Counted from the first letter of the stretch, positions 50,010-59,651 are shown. The stretch is 64,000 nucleotides of DNA from an uncultured bacterium (GCA_937864235.1 CALMJI010000018.1:73955-137954); one strand, 5' to 3'. Made by a program: numbers and translations. Notes: a model not told the origin generated them from the sequence alone.

Positions 50010-50121
50010 AATCAAAAGAGTAGTCCTCATCAGGAGGAAAACAAAATAAACTATTGCTTACTTTTTAAGTATCCTCCCAAGTAGCATTAAAAAGCAAGGG
50101 TCAACATATTCCTAAAACTCA

Positions 50122-50150
50122 TTGACATTTTACAACTTTTGTTTCATAAT
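50122..50150 (+). promoter_or_regulatory. sigma70-like promoter of the heliorhodopsin gene
   Basis: TTGACA-17 nt-CATAAT located 30 nt upstream of the ATG. Confidence 0.5.
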
Positions 50151-50180
50151 ATAAGAGGTTATTAAATAAATATTAAATAT

Positions 50181-51011
50181 ATGATTGGTTTCCGTGCACA
50201 CAATGGTTTTGCCCGCCTTAAAATGTATAATGGTATTATGGGTGCCTTGCACTTCTTTCAAGCTGGTTTGATGCTATATGTATCTAAAGAAGCTTTATTC
50301 CCTGTAACGACTAATTACCTTGACTTTGATTCTGCTACTCGTAGTGCAGCTCCTGTTACAGAGAAGTTTTTTGATATAAATCTTGGTCCAGCAGTAGCTT
50401 TGTTTTTGTTATTATCTGCTATTGCCCACTTTATTACAATATTACCGAATGTTTATCCTTGGTATATCAAGAATCTTAAAAATCATATCAATGTCATCCG
50501 ATGGTATGAATATGCTCTATCTTCTTCTGTGATGATTGTACTTATTTCTATTTTAGTAGGAATTTATGACTTCTCTACTCTATTATTGTTATTTGGAATC
50601 AATGCTAGCATGAACTTGTTTGGGCTAATAATGGAGCAGATTAATCAGGATCGTAAAGATGTTAATTGGCTTCCTTACATCTTTGGATGTATTGCTGGGA
50701 TTATACCTTGGATTGTAATTTTCCTACATTTCCAAGGAGCTATTTCATCCGCTGAGGTGGAAGTTCCTACTTTTGTCTACTTTATTGTATTCTCTCTATT
50801 CGCGGTATTCAATGTATTTGCACTTAATATGTTCTTACAGTATAAGAAAATTGGTCCTTGGAAATCTTATGTATTCGGAGAAAAATTCTATATTTTCTTA
50901 TCCCTATTTGCTAAGTCTCTCTTAGCTTGGCAAGTGTGGTCAGGGACTCTAAGAGGTACTGAGAATGAAGTATCTGCTATTATCTCTAATATATTTAGTA
51001 TATTTTCATAA
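50181..51011 (+). CDS. heliorhodopsin (7TM retinal protein, inverted topology)
   Basis: Blocks as I recall them from heliorhodopsin 48C12: RLKMYNGIMGALHFFQ (N-terminal), IRWYEYALSSSVMIVLI, FGINASMNLFG, FGCIAGIIPW, and retinal-Lys block LFAKSLLAWQVWSGTL in TM7. Confidence 0.75.
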   Translation: MIGFRAHNGFARLKMYNGIMGALHFFQAGLMLYVSKEALFPVTTNYLDFDSATRSAAPVTEKFFDINLGPAVALFLLLSAIAHFITILPNVYPWYIKNLKNHINVIRWYEYALSSSVMIVLISILVGIYDFSTLLLLFGINASMNLFGLIMEQINQDRKDVNWLPYIFGCIAGIIPWIVIFLHFQGAISSAEVEVPTFVYFIVFSLFAVFNVFALNMFLQYKKIGPWKSYVFGEKFYIFLSLFAKSLLAWQVWSGTLRGTENEVSAIISNIFSIFS

Positions 51012-51036
51012 AATATTTAGTATAATACTCTAGCAA

Positions 51037-51066
51037 ACAAAAAACCCGGTATGAGCCGGGTTTTTT
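51037..51066. terminator. bidirectional rho-independent terminator between convergent genes
   Basis: AAAAAACCCGGtatgaGCCGGGTTTTTTG hairpin flanked by A- and T-runs. Confidence 0.7.
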
Positions 51067-51078
51067 GTTATCGAGGAC

Positions 51079-51330
51079 TTATTCTCGAGGCTTAGCAGGT
51101 TGGATAGAGATTTCTCTTTCTAAAAGAGATGCTCCATCTAACTGTTGTATTGCTCTTTCAGCTTCCTCTTCAGTGGCAAATTCTACAAATCCATAACCTT
51201 TGCTACGATTTTGCTCTTTGTCAAAGATGATTTTTGCTGAAACTACAGTTCCAACAGTCTCAAAAAGAGATTGTAAGTCCTGATTAGTTGCTTTGTACGC
51301 AATATTTCGTACAAATAAATTCTTGTTCAT
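51079..51330 (-). CDS. RRM-type RNA-binding protein
   Basis: RNP2 LFVRNI and RNP1 KGYGFVEF motifs. Confidence 0.85.
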   Translation of the reverse strand: MNKNLFVRNIAYKATNQDLQSLFETVGTVVSAKIIFDKEQNRSKGYGFVEFATEEEAERAIQQLDGASLLEREISIQPAKPRE

Positions 51331-51460
51331 AATTTACGATTTTGAAGAAAGATTGCTCTTTCTTACTAACGGTTACCCTCCTGTCGACCTGCCTAAGCCA
51401 AGGATTAAATGTATTATATCATATTTTTATATCTTTGTATAATACTTATCCACAATTATT

Positions 51461-53065
51461 TTAATTTGAATTACAACTAGTAGCCCATAATCCTTTTTTA
51501 TTTACTTTAGCCTCTTGTTCTAAAGCTTTATAATTAGCTTGGCTCTGATAAGAGGCACCATTATATGTATATTCCTTAGCAAAACCTTCTTTTAATAGAT
51601 ATTCTTGCAAAGATCTCCCATCTTCTAAATACACATATCTTAGGAGTCTATTATAGTCATCTCTATCTTCTTTGAGAGGATCTTTGACTAAAGAGACTCG
51701 ATTACTAGCGATTAGATTTTTTAGAGCCTTATATGCCTCTACCCCATAACAATAGTTGGGGCTGATAAAACTATCCAGTTCTGGAGCATCTATGCCCAAT
51801 AATTTCACCCCTTCAATTTTACCATTGATATTAACTACTATATCATCTCCATCATTGACCGTTATGACATTATATTTATCATTGGATATATCGCTAATTA
51901 CATTTCCTGTGGGGTATTGATTGAATTCATTCACTCTGAGAGGAATAATATCTGACCATTTATATCCGAGACTTAGAAATATATTGGGACTCCCAATTGG
52001 CTTTTTATAATCATTGGCAATTAAATATACTCCTCCATTGTAAGAAACTACTGTTCCGTCTTGAAACAATTTATTGGCTCCAACTGGGTATTGTTGTAAT
52101 ACATTGGCAGGGATTTTTATAATTTCATCCCACCTATAGTTTAATTTTTCAAATATAAATGGGCTGGGTATATATCTAAGTACGCCTGTTGTGTCTACTA
52201 CATAAGTAGCTGAGCTTCCTGTGGGTGAGATTAAAACTCTAGAACGATAATTTTTTATTTCCGATATGGGTTGACCTTCTGGAATTATAGATAGCTCATA
52301 ATCTGTAGCTCTTCTAATTTGCCCCCACTTAAAACCATAACTCTCAAACACGGCCGGTGAGGTAATTGGTAATCGTTGATTTTTTTGCATCAGGAATACT
52401 CCTGTCGCACTAGATATTAGCAAGCCGTCAGGATAATATTCATCACTCCCTCGAGGGTAAGAATCTATGATTACTTGTGAAACTGGAATTAAATACTCCC
52501 ATCTATACCTTGAGTCAAAAATTAATGGAGATGGAATATATCTTCTTAAACCTGATTCCAACTTATATACAGCTCCTCCGGGCGCTAATAATAAACTTCC
52601 ATCTGGATAATTATCTTCTTCTCTTAAGCTATCTCCTTTTTGATGTAGGGATAATTCTGCATTGCTGACTGGGATAATATTATTCCATTTATATCCTTTA
52701 GATAAAAATGCTTGTGGGGATGTTATTGGTCTGACTCTAGCATTAGAGACTACATATACTGTTCCATTATTAGATAACAAAGATCCATCTCTAAATGTCA
52801 TAGGAGTTCCTAAGGCAATTGCATCTAATTCTACTGGCGATACTTCAATCAAATCTTGCCAACGGAATTGTGAAATTAGCATGTTGGGCGACTCTATAGG
52901 CCTTTTTGTGTTATTTTCTATATAATATACCTTTGGATTATTAACTGATTTTACTATAATTCCATTGGGATAATTTGGTATTTGTCTGGCTGATATATTA
53001 TTTGGCAAAATAAAATTTAGGGTTATAAAGGTAATGACTAGCAATACTTTATATTTAATTTGCAT
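51461..53065 (-). CDS. secreted thermonuclease (SNase-like) with six N-terminal ~58-aa repeats
   Basis: Signal peptide; C-terminal SNase blocks (VKLLGIDAPEL...RLLRYVYLEDGRSLQEYLLKEGFA); six tandem repeats of the pattern G.vY.v.n..rRpI.SP..F.s.gYkW..IipVs..el..yp.G. Confidence 0.7.
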   Translation of the reverse strand: MQIKYKVLLVITFITLNFILPNNISARQIPNYPNGIIVKSVNNPKVYYIENNTKRPIESPNMLISQFRWQDLIEVSPVELDAIALGTPMTFRDGSLLSNNGTVYVVSNARVRPITSPQAFLSKGYKWNNIIPVSNAELSLHQKGDSLREEDNYPDGSLLLAPGGAVYKLESGLRRYIPSPLIFDSRYRWEYLIPVSQVIIDSYPRGSDEYYPDGLLISSATGVFLMQKNQRLPITSPAVFESYGFKWGQIRRATDYELSIIPEGQPISEIKNYRSRVLISPTGSSATYVVDTTGVLRYIPSPFIFEKLNYRWDEIIKIPANVLQQYPVGANKLFQDGTVVSYNGGVYLIANDYKKPIGSPNIFLSLGYKWSDIIPLRVNEFNQYPTGNVISDISNDKYNVITVNDGDDIVVNINGKIEGVKLLGIDAPELDSFISPNYCYGVEAYKALKNLIASNRVSLVKDPLKEDRDDYNRLLRYVYLEDGRSLQEYLLKEGFAKEYTYNGASYQSQANYKALEQEAKVNKKGLWATSCNSN

Positions 53066-54010
53066 TTATCCTACTAATATATCTTGTAAGTTGGTAATAA
53101 GATCCAGTGCCTGTTCTCTTGGTCTCTGAAAAGCATTGCGCCCCATAATACTCCCAAAAGCTCCACCTTCACGAATGGCTCGCATTTCATAAGATAGATT
53201 TTCAGGATTAGCAAAGTCACCTCCAGAGTGAATAACTATTCTATGTCCATTGTAAGCAGTCTTCATTACTAATTTAATTCTTTCAGTAAGAGTTTGAGTT
53301 GGGACTTTGTCATAAATACCCATTTCCTGATTAGATACTATGCCATATCCATCTACTGGTAATTTCACCTTAATAATCTGAGCTCCTAAACTTACTCCGA
53401 GAGCTACTCCATAAGCTATCACGTCTACAGCTCGCTCTTGTCCTTTGATAAGCCCTGCTCCTCTTGGATAAACCCAAAGAATTGTAATAAGACCTGCCCT
53501 ACGAGCATCTGCGATCAATTCTTTAGCCTGTTGCTCCATTTCATTGCTATACAGAGACCCTGGATATAGAGTAAAACCTACAGCGGAGCATCCTAGTCTT
53601 ACAGCATCATCTACCCAAGAATGAATGGATGGTTTTGGATTCTCATTATCTGGGATCATCAGAGTATGGGAATTGACCTTGAGAATAGTAGGTACATTAT
53701 GTTTAGCTAAAACTTCATAGGCTCGCTCTAGAGAACCAAGCGGTGCTGCATAAGCATTAAAACCACCATCTACAGCAAATTGAGCTTGCTCTAATGGGTC
53801 ATACATTACTGGATTTGGCTCAAAAGCCCGTCCAGGTCCATGCTCTAAAATTTGGTCTATTGGCAAAATCATTAGCTTACCGGTACCCCCTATTCGGCCA
53901 TAGTTCAAGATTTTAGCTAAATTTTCTTGTTGTTCTGGGGTATTAGTGTGTTTGTACCAAGATAAAATTTCTTCTACTCTTTCTTTGTGTTGAGGGTTTG
54001 TGGATGGCAT
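53066..54010 (-). CDS. fbaB: class I fructose-bisphosphate aldolase (FbaB/DhnA family)
   Basis: YGRIGGTGKLMILPIDQILEHGPGRAFEPNPVMYDP aligns with E. coli FbaB ([36 protein letters not shown]). Confidence 0.85.
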   Translation of the reverse strand: MPSTNPQHKERVEEILSWYKHTNTPEQQENLAKILNYGRIGGTGKLMILPIDQILEHGPGRAFEPNPVMYDPLEQAQFAVDGGFNAYAAPLGSLERAYEVLAKHNVPTILKVNSHTLMIPDNENPKPSIHSWVDDAVRLGCSAVGFTLYPGSLYSNEMEQQAKELIADARRAGLITILWVYPRGAGLIKGQERAVDVIAYGVALGVSLGAQIIKVKLPVDGYGIVSNQEMGIYDKVPTQTLTERIKLVMKTAYNGHRIVIHSGGDFANPENLSYEMRAIREGGAFGSIMGRNAFQRPREQALDLITNLQDILVG

Positions 54011-54022
54011 AGTTGTATGATT

Positions 54023-54709
54023 TTATATATGTTCTTTGGATATGATATTATTATCATTATCTAAATTATAAACCAAAATATCTCCAATAGCAAATTCAAC
54101 TCCTTCTATTTCGCTGTCACTGAGCCTATCAAAGTATTTTAGTATAGCTCTGAGAGTATTACCGTGTAGAGATAGTATAATATTTTCATTGTCCGCAAGA
54201 CAGCTCATAATATGCCCTTCTAGATAAGGTATAATTCGCTTATAAGCATCATCCAGACTCTCAGTGCGAGGCAATAATTCTCTTGGGATAGAGGAATACT
54301 TAGGGTCAAAAAAGGCATTCCTTGGATCATCCATTTCTAAAGCCGCTGGTCTAGTATAATACCCTCGACGATAACCATGTAATTGTTCCCAAGAAAGCTC
54401 ATCCAGAATATCTACTTTAGACTTACCTTGTAATTTGCCATAATGTCTTTCATTTAGCCTCCAGTCTCGAATAATTTGGATATTTTTTTGTCCTATTTCT
54501 TCTAGAATCAAATCTAATGTAAGGACGGCTCGCTTTAAAACAGAAGAGTAGGCTTTATTAAATTGAATGTTTTGGCTTTTTAATCTATGTCCCATCAAAC
54601 GAGCATCTTCTATACCTTTAGATGTCAAATCTACATCCGTCCAACCTGAAAATAAACTCTGCTTATTCCATAAACTCTCTCCGTGCCTTACTAGTACTAT
54701 CTTCTTCAT
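54023..54709 (-). CDS. gpmA: 2,3-bisphosphoglycerate-dependent phosphoglycerate mutase
   Basis: LVRHGESLWNKQSLFSGWTDVDLTSKG matches the GpmA N-terminus. Confidence 0.85.
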   Translation of the reverse strand: MKKIVLVRHGESLWNKQSLFSGWTDVDLTSKGIEDARLMGHRLKSQNIQFNKAYSSVLKRAVLTLDLILEEIGQKNIQIIRDWRLNERHYGKLQGKSKVDILDELSWEQLHGYRRGYYTRPAALEMDDPRNAFFDPKYSSIPRELLPRTESLDDAYKRIIPYLEGHIMSCLADNENIILSLHGNTLRAILKYFDRLSDSEIEGVEFAIGDILVYNLDNDNNIISKEHI

Positions 54710-55485
54710 TTATATAGATCTAATTCTAATACAACTGGACAATGATCAGAACCATAAACTTCCGGGAGTATATATGCATTTTTGACCTTATCTTTAAGAG
54801 ACTGACTTACAAAAAAGTAGTCTATTCTCCAACCCACATTCCTGTCTCTGGCTCTAGTCTTCATATCCCACCAAGTATATAACTCTCCCTCTTTAGTAAA
54901 CATTCTAAGAGTGTCGATAAAGCCATATTGCTGGGTCAATTTATCTAACCAAGCACGCTCTTCTGGCAGGAATCCTGAGACTTTCTGATTCTCTTTTGGG
55001 CGTGCTAAGTCAATCTCAGTATGGGCAGTATTGACATCGCCTGTGATGATAATATTTTTATGAGTATAGTCTATATTCTCTAAATATTGTAGTAAAGCTT
55101 CATAGAACTTAAGCTTATAATTAAGCCTCTCCTCCCCCGAGCCCCCATTAGGGAAATAAATATTGATCAAAATAAATTGTTCATAATCAGCGATTTGAAT
55201 TCTACCTTCTCTATCATAAATATCATCAATCTGAAAGCCATTTTGAATAGACTTTGGCTTAGTTTTAGAATAAATAGCTACACCACTATACCCCTTTCTA
55301 ACTCCCGATTCAAAGTAAGGATTATAGCCATCAATGCTCGTAATATCCGAAGACAGCTGTTCTATATGTGACTTCGTCTCCTGCATACACAATATATCTG
55401 GCTGATATTTTTCTAAAAAGGGATAAAATAACTCCTTACGATGCAAAGCCCGCAAGCCATTCACATTCCATGATATTAATTTCAT
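54706..55485 (-). CDS. xth: exodeoxyribonuclease III
   Basis: MKLISWNVNGLRA...QETK... ExoIII/AP-endonuclease family signature; 259 aa. Confidence 0.9.
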   Translation of the reverse strand: MKLISWNVNGLRALHRKELFYPFLEKYQPDILCMQETKSHIEQLSSDITSIDGYNPYFESGVRKGYSGVAIYSKTKPKSIQNGFQIDDIYDREGRIQIADYEQFILINIYFPNGGSGEERLNYKLKFYEALLQYLENIDYTHKNIIITGDVNTAHTEIDLARPKENQKVSGFLPEERAWLDKLTQQYGFIDTLRMFTKEGELYTWWDMKTRARDRNVGWRIDYFFVSQSLKDKVKNAYILPEVYGSDHCPVVLELDLYK

Positions 55486-55561
55486 AAACTTTCTGTAATT
55501 TATGTTTATATTATATCATAAAAATTAGAGATTTAGAATTGTGTTGGGTTATGAAGTTTTG

Positions 55562-55650
55562 TTCCTCGCCAATTTTTCCGTAGGGGCGACCTCTCAGTCG
55601 CCTGTGTTTTCGTAGAGGAGAGTGACTTCCCTCAACACACCCCAATTATT
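55562..55650. repeat. GC-rich repeat module (GGCGAC-ctctca-GTCGCC type)
   Basis: Same module as 27387-27410, 19313-19335, 37355-37378 and 56430-56455. Confidence 0.75.
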
Positions 55651-56338
55651 TTCGCTAATTACCCTTGACAAAATTAGGAAAATGTGGTATATACACCATA
55701 CCTTTCGCTTTGCGAAAATGCCTAAATTGGAAAGTTGGGTGATGGCAGGTATCCGCCGTCAATCCACTTGGTGGAAACACCAAGAAATCAGGCTCTTCTG
55801 GGAGCCTGACATTCATCTAGCTACCGTCAGGGTAGTAATCGATGAACTGAACCTGCTATGCCAAGCAATTGGCCTGCAGTTCAAACTGATCCCATTCGGA
55901 TCACACCAGAGTGCCATGATACAGCTCAAAGCTGTCACTCATGACAATCAAATTGACTATAATCGTTTTTTCGATATAGTCGTTGCCGAGGATTGGAGGA
56001 ATGAGAGTATCGGCGGGCGAGAGCACGGAGATATTTTCATAACTACCAAACACCTCCTTGATGACCCAGTGTCATTAGGATGTGCAAGTTACACAGATGG
56101 TTGTATTCTCTTTGCTCTCCATGGGCAAAGTCAACACAACCATACTCTCCTAAGGAGACTAGTTCGCCACGAGGCAACTCATCTTCTGGGACTTGGACTG
56201 CATTGTAATGAATTCCCTGTACAGGGATATCATTACAATGATAGGTGTAACATGCACTACCACCTTCCCTCTGGGGAAACTTGCCCCAAGTGCTTGGATT
56301 ACCTTCGAGCATTTTGGACACATCTAGGTAGATTATGA
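55622..56338 (+). CDS. putative zinc metallopeptidase (metzincin/archaemetzincin-like HExxHxxGxxxH plus C-terminal Cys cluster); compositionally GC-richer than neighbours
   Basis: VRHEATHLLGLGLHC ... CNM ... CPKC; the true start may be an internal Met (MWYIHH or MPKLESW) because the 5' end overlaps the repeat. Confidence 0.4.
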   Translation: MTSLNTPQLFSLITLDKIRKMWYIHHTFRFAKMPKLESWVMAGIRRQSTWWKHQEIRLFWEPDIHLATVRVVIDELNLLCQAIGLQFKLIPFGSHQSAMIQLKAVTHDNQIDYNRFFDIVVAEDWRNESIGGREHGDIFITTKHLLDDPVSLGCASYTDGCILFALHGQSQHNHTLLRRLVRHEATHLLGLGLHCNEFPVQGYHYNDRCNMHYHLPSGETCPKCLDYLRAFWTHLGRL

Positions 56339-56359
56339 TTCATCATCTACCCCCACCAA

Positions 56360-56393
56360 CCCCTCGTCTCCAGACGAGGGGTTTTTCTTTTTT
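56360..56393 (+). terminator. rho-independent terminator
   Basis: CCCCTCGTCTccaGACGAGGGG hairpin followed by TTTTTCTTTTTT. Confidence 0.75.
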
Positions 56394-56429
56394 ATAAAAT
56401 ATATTTTTTGTTTCAAAACACAAACACTA

Positions 56430-56562
56430 CGGGCGACTGAGAGGTCGCCCCTACGAAGCACAAAATACATCCACCCCCGCCTTTCAGGCTTCCCCCTCCG
56501 AAGGGGGACAAAAAATCAACCACTCCACTACAAAATAAATGTCGGCGAGGTCGCCGACTCTA
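56430..56562. repeat. GC-rich modular intergenic repeat
   Basis: gggcgactgagaggtcgccc and GTCGGCGAggTCGCCGAC hairpins. Confidence 0.75.
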
Positions 56563-56570
56563 CACAAGAT

Positions 56571-57860
56571 TTACTCCCTCTCCCCTAAATCCTCAAGTAA
56601 TAGAATTCCCTGCTCGCCTGTTTGCATATTTTTGACAAGTACTTCTCCGGCTTTTGCTTCATCAGAGCCAAAAAATATAGCTTCGGTATAATTTTTGCGG
56701 TTGGCGTATTGTAGAGCTTTTTTGAAACTGACAATTTCTGGATAGAGGTCAAAGGCTACTCCGTATTCATCTCTGAGCTCTATAATTGTCTGCATTGTCT
56801 GGGGTAAATTCTCTTCACTCAATATAAAAACTACCCTCTTTGGCTCTGAATAATTCATAGCCTTGAACCAATCCTCTTCTCGTAAAATTCCAAATAGTCT
56901 ACTAACTCCAATCGAGGCTCCAAATCCTGTAATCGGAGTATCTATATAATTCCCAACCAGATTATCATATCTACCTCCAGAGCAAACACTACCATAGGCT
57001 TCTAACCCTTCAAGATTGCTCTCGAATACTGTGCCAGTATAATAATCCTGTCCGCGGACTATAGATAAGTCTATTTTGTATTTTCTAATTTCAAATAATT
57101 CTAGGTATTGCACTAGTTCCTGTAATTCTTTTAAGCCGTCTAGATACAGCGGGTGTTGGCAATTTTGATCTTGTAATAGATTAAAGACTTCCTGAACCTC
57201 ACCCTTAGCACTGACAAAATTATATAAAGTATCTATAAATTTTTCCTCTATTTGCAAGTCTCGTAGAGCTTGTAGCCAATCTGTTTTGGATAATTTCTCA
57301 TATTTATCTATAATTCTCAGTACCCCAGCCTGATCTTGAATTTTATACTCTTCTAACAACCCCGACAAAATCTTACGATTACTAATTCTAAAAGTAATCT
57401 CTGGCAAGTCTAAAATAGTAAAAATATTCTGGATAATTGACAACATCTCAGCCTCAGCCAATCTACTATTATTGCCAAGTATATCTATATCTGCCTGATA
57501 TAGCTCGCGGTATCTACCTTTTTGAGGTTTCTCAGCCCGCCAAGACTTGCCTATCTGATAAATTTTAGCTGGCATAGCTATATCTCGATGATGCTCGGCT
57601 ATGTATCTTGCCATCGGTACAGTGAGGTCAAATCTAAGGCTAAGATCCCGACTACCTTTTTGGAAGCGATAGATCTCCTTATCCATCTCGCCACCGGCTT
57701 TGGCTAATAATACTTCTGAATATTGAATAGAAGCCGCCTCCAGCGGAGTAAATCCAGCGAATTCATACTCGTCTTGAATTGTTCTCAAGATATGGTTGAA
57801 TTTCACCTGTTCATCTAGGCTATATTCGATAAAACCAGAAGGTAGCTGGTGTTTTGGCAT
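56571..57860 (-). CDS. hisS: histidine--tRNA ligase
   Basis: Class II motif 2 (WRAEKPQKGRYRELYQADIDILG) and HisRS motif 3 (GGRYD); 429 aa with a C-terminal anticodon-binding domain. Confidence 0.85.
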   Translation of the reverse strand: MPKHQLPSGFIEYSLDEQVKFNHILRTIQDEYEFAGFTPLEAASIQYSEVLLAKAGGEMDKEIYRFQKGSRDLSLRFDLTVPMARYIAEHHRDIAMPAKIYQIGKSWRAEKPQKGRYRELYQADIDILGNNSRLAEAEMLSIIQNIFTILDLPEITFRISNRKILSGLLEEYKIQDQAGVLRIIDKYEKLSKTDWLQALRDLQIEEKFIDTLYNFVSAKGEVQEVFNLLQDQNCQHPLYLDGLKELQELVQYLELFEIRKYKIDLSIVRGQDYYTGTVFESNLEGLEAYGSVCSGGRYDNLVGNYIDTPITGFGASIGVSRLFGILREEDWFKAMNYSEPKRVVFILSEENLPQTMQTIIELRDEYGVAFDLYPEIVSFKKALQYANRKNYTEAIFFGSDEAKAGEVLVKNMQTGEQGILLLEDLGERE

Positions 57861-57872
57861 ATTGTATAATAA

Positions 57873-58325
57873 TTAAACTAAAGCTAGAATTTGACTAGCA
57901 TGCTTGAGTGGATTAACTTTCTCAAAATGTTGAATCAACTTCCCCTCTTCATCAATTAGGAAAGTGTCCCGTTGTATTCCCATATATTTTTTCCCAAACA
58001 TTGACTTTTCTTTCCAAACTCCATAGGCTTGGACGACAGTTTTCTCAGTATCAGCCAAGAGCGGAAAATTTAGATTATGCTTCTCGACAAATTTCTTATG
58101 AGATTTGACATCATCTACACTTACTCCTAACACTACAATTCCTTTAGCCTCGAGATCATTCATAGAATCTCTCATCCCCTCCGCCTGAACAGTACATCCA
58201 GGAGTCATATCCTTGGGGTAAAAGTACAAAACTACCTTTTTACCTCGGTATTGAGACAAAGTGTGACTCTTCTCATCTTGGTCTATTAGAGTAAAATCTG
58301 GGACTAATTCTCCTACCTGCAACAT
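57873..58325 (-). CDS. bcp: peroxiredoxin Bcp (thiol peroxidase)
   Basis: FYPKDMTPGCTVQA peroxidatic Cys motif. Confidence 0.85.
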   Translation of the reverse strand: MLQVGELVPDFTLIDQDEKSHTLSQYRGKKVVLYFYPKDMTPGCTVQAEGMRDSMNDLEAKGIVVLGVSVDDVKSHKKFVEKHNLNFPLLADTEKTVVQAYGVWKEKSMFGKKYMGIQRDTFLIDEEGKLIQHFEKVNPLKHASQILALV

Positions 58326-58375
58326 ATATGTATTGGTTAATTGTATATCTTGTATTATACCATATTTTTACTAAA

Positions 58376-58900
58376 TTAGCAATTCCTGAGCCTAGCTCTG
58401 TAATCAGAGTAATCTGGGCAATAGGTGGCGACTATATTCCAAAATCTCTTGGAATGATTCATCTCTACTAGATGAGCTAATTCGTGGATAATTACATAGT
58501 CCATCAGCTCGGGGTCTAGGAATATGAGTTTGTAGGAAAAATTTAGATTTCTCTTACTAGAACAACTACCCCAGCGAGTATTGGTATGTCTGATACTAAG
58601 CCGATTATAACTAAGCCCCATAATCTGAGCCCAATCTTGCACTCGAGCTGAGATAATTTTCCTGGCTTTTTCTTTATGCTGTTTATAATGCTCCTGAGTA
58701 TAGATATTATCTGGTATAGTAGCCAATTTCTCCTCAATCCAAGCTTGTTTTTGAACTATAAACTGCTTAGCCAAATATTCGGGGAAACGAGCCGGCATAG
58801 TCAAAGTCACTTGCCGATTCTGATCAATTCGGATACTTACCCTTTTGGCTTTAGATGATTTTTTGATTCTATACTGTAACATATAGAGATAGTATAGCAT
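58376..58900 (-). CDS. YgjP/DUF45-family metal-dependent hydrolase (M48-like HExxH)
   Basis: WGSCSSKRNLNFSYKLIFLDPELMDYVIIHELAHLVEMNHSKRFW; the ORF frame extends to 58963 into the GC repeat, so the start is placed at the internal Met at 58900 (or 58882). Confidence 0.7.
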   Translation of the reverse strand: MLYYLYMLQYRIKKSSKAKRVSIRIDQNRQVTLTMPARFPEYLAKQFIVQKQAWIEEKLATIPDNIYTQEHYKQHKEKARKIISARVQDWAQIMGLSYNRLSIRHTNTRWGSCSSKRNLNFSYKLIFLDPELMDYVIIHELAHLVEMNHSKRFWNIVATYCPDYSDYRARLRNC

Positions 58901-58937
58901 AAAATAATTTTGATTATATATTTTTTGTACTGTGATT

Positions 58938-59060
58938 CTGTCCTCCTTCGGAGGAGGTGGCACGGAGTGCCGGAGGTGGATAGAGTTTGAGTTTGTATTT
59001 TATCCACCCTCCCTCCTAAGGGGGACAAAAAGCAGAATAAAGGCGACTGAAATATCCCAC
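58938..59060. repeat. GC-rich modular intergenic repeat
   Basis: CCTCCT-tcgg-AGGAGG, GGCAC-gga-GTGCC and aggcgactgaaa modules. Confidence 0.75.
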
Positions 59061-59135
59061 TAAAAAATATTTGCTATAAAATAAATTTATGCTATACTCA
59101 AAATAAGTTAAGTATAAAAATATGGAATTAAATAA

Positions 59136-59651
59136 ATGGACTTTTTGGGGACTGTTACTGGTATATTGTTTTGTTTCTTTTTATTTATATTTATATACCT
59201 CTGGTGGATGGCGTGCCTTTTACTTATTCATCATAATAAGCATATTTTACTCTATAATTTTAGGAACTACATTAATAACAAATATTTCTATATCATATAT
59301 AAAAAAGACTTGAAGCTAAAAATATCATGGTTATTTTTAGCTATACTACTAATCGTACTTATAAGTCAAACTATTCTACTAATTAATAGTGTTGGAGACT
59401 GTGGGGATGGAGATGGATCGTATAGGTTTTATGAAAGATTAATCGGTACGAATGGTTCGGAATACTGTAATACAGGTAAAAAAGCAGCGCCTCCTTTAAA
59501 TTTTGGAATATTAAATAGCATAGGTCTTTATTCTAATTTTTTAGCATTAACTATACTTATTATTCAAGTTTACTATAGAGCTGTTATAATAATTATCAAA
59601 AGCATTCCTAATACTATTAATAATATACTAAATTATATTTTTAAGATCTAG
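59136..59651 (+). CDS. hypothetical small membrane/secreted Cys-containing protein
   Basis: ORF frame 59136-59651; a shorter product from TTG near 59293 (MKLKISWLFLAILLIVLISQ, signal-peptide-like) is possible. Confidence 0.3.
   Translation: MDFLGTVTGILFCFFLFIFIYLWWMACLLLIHHNKHILLYNFRNYINNKYFYIIYKKDLKLKISWLFLAILLIVLISQTILLINSVGDCGDGDGSYRFYERLIGTNGSEYCNTGKKAAPPLNFGILNSIGLYSNFLALTILIIQVYYRAVIIIIKSIPNTINNILNYIFKI

Noticed and set aside
50153-50158. AAGAGG as the heliorhodopsin Shine-Dalgarno
   Set aside because: It lies 22 nt upstream of the ATG at 50181, too far to act as an SD. The real RBS is weak or AT-rich, or the start codon is annotated slightly off.
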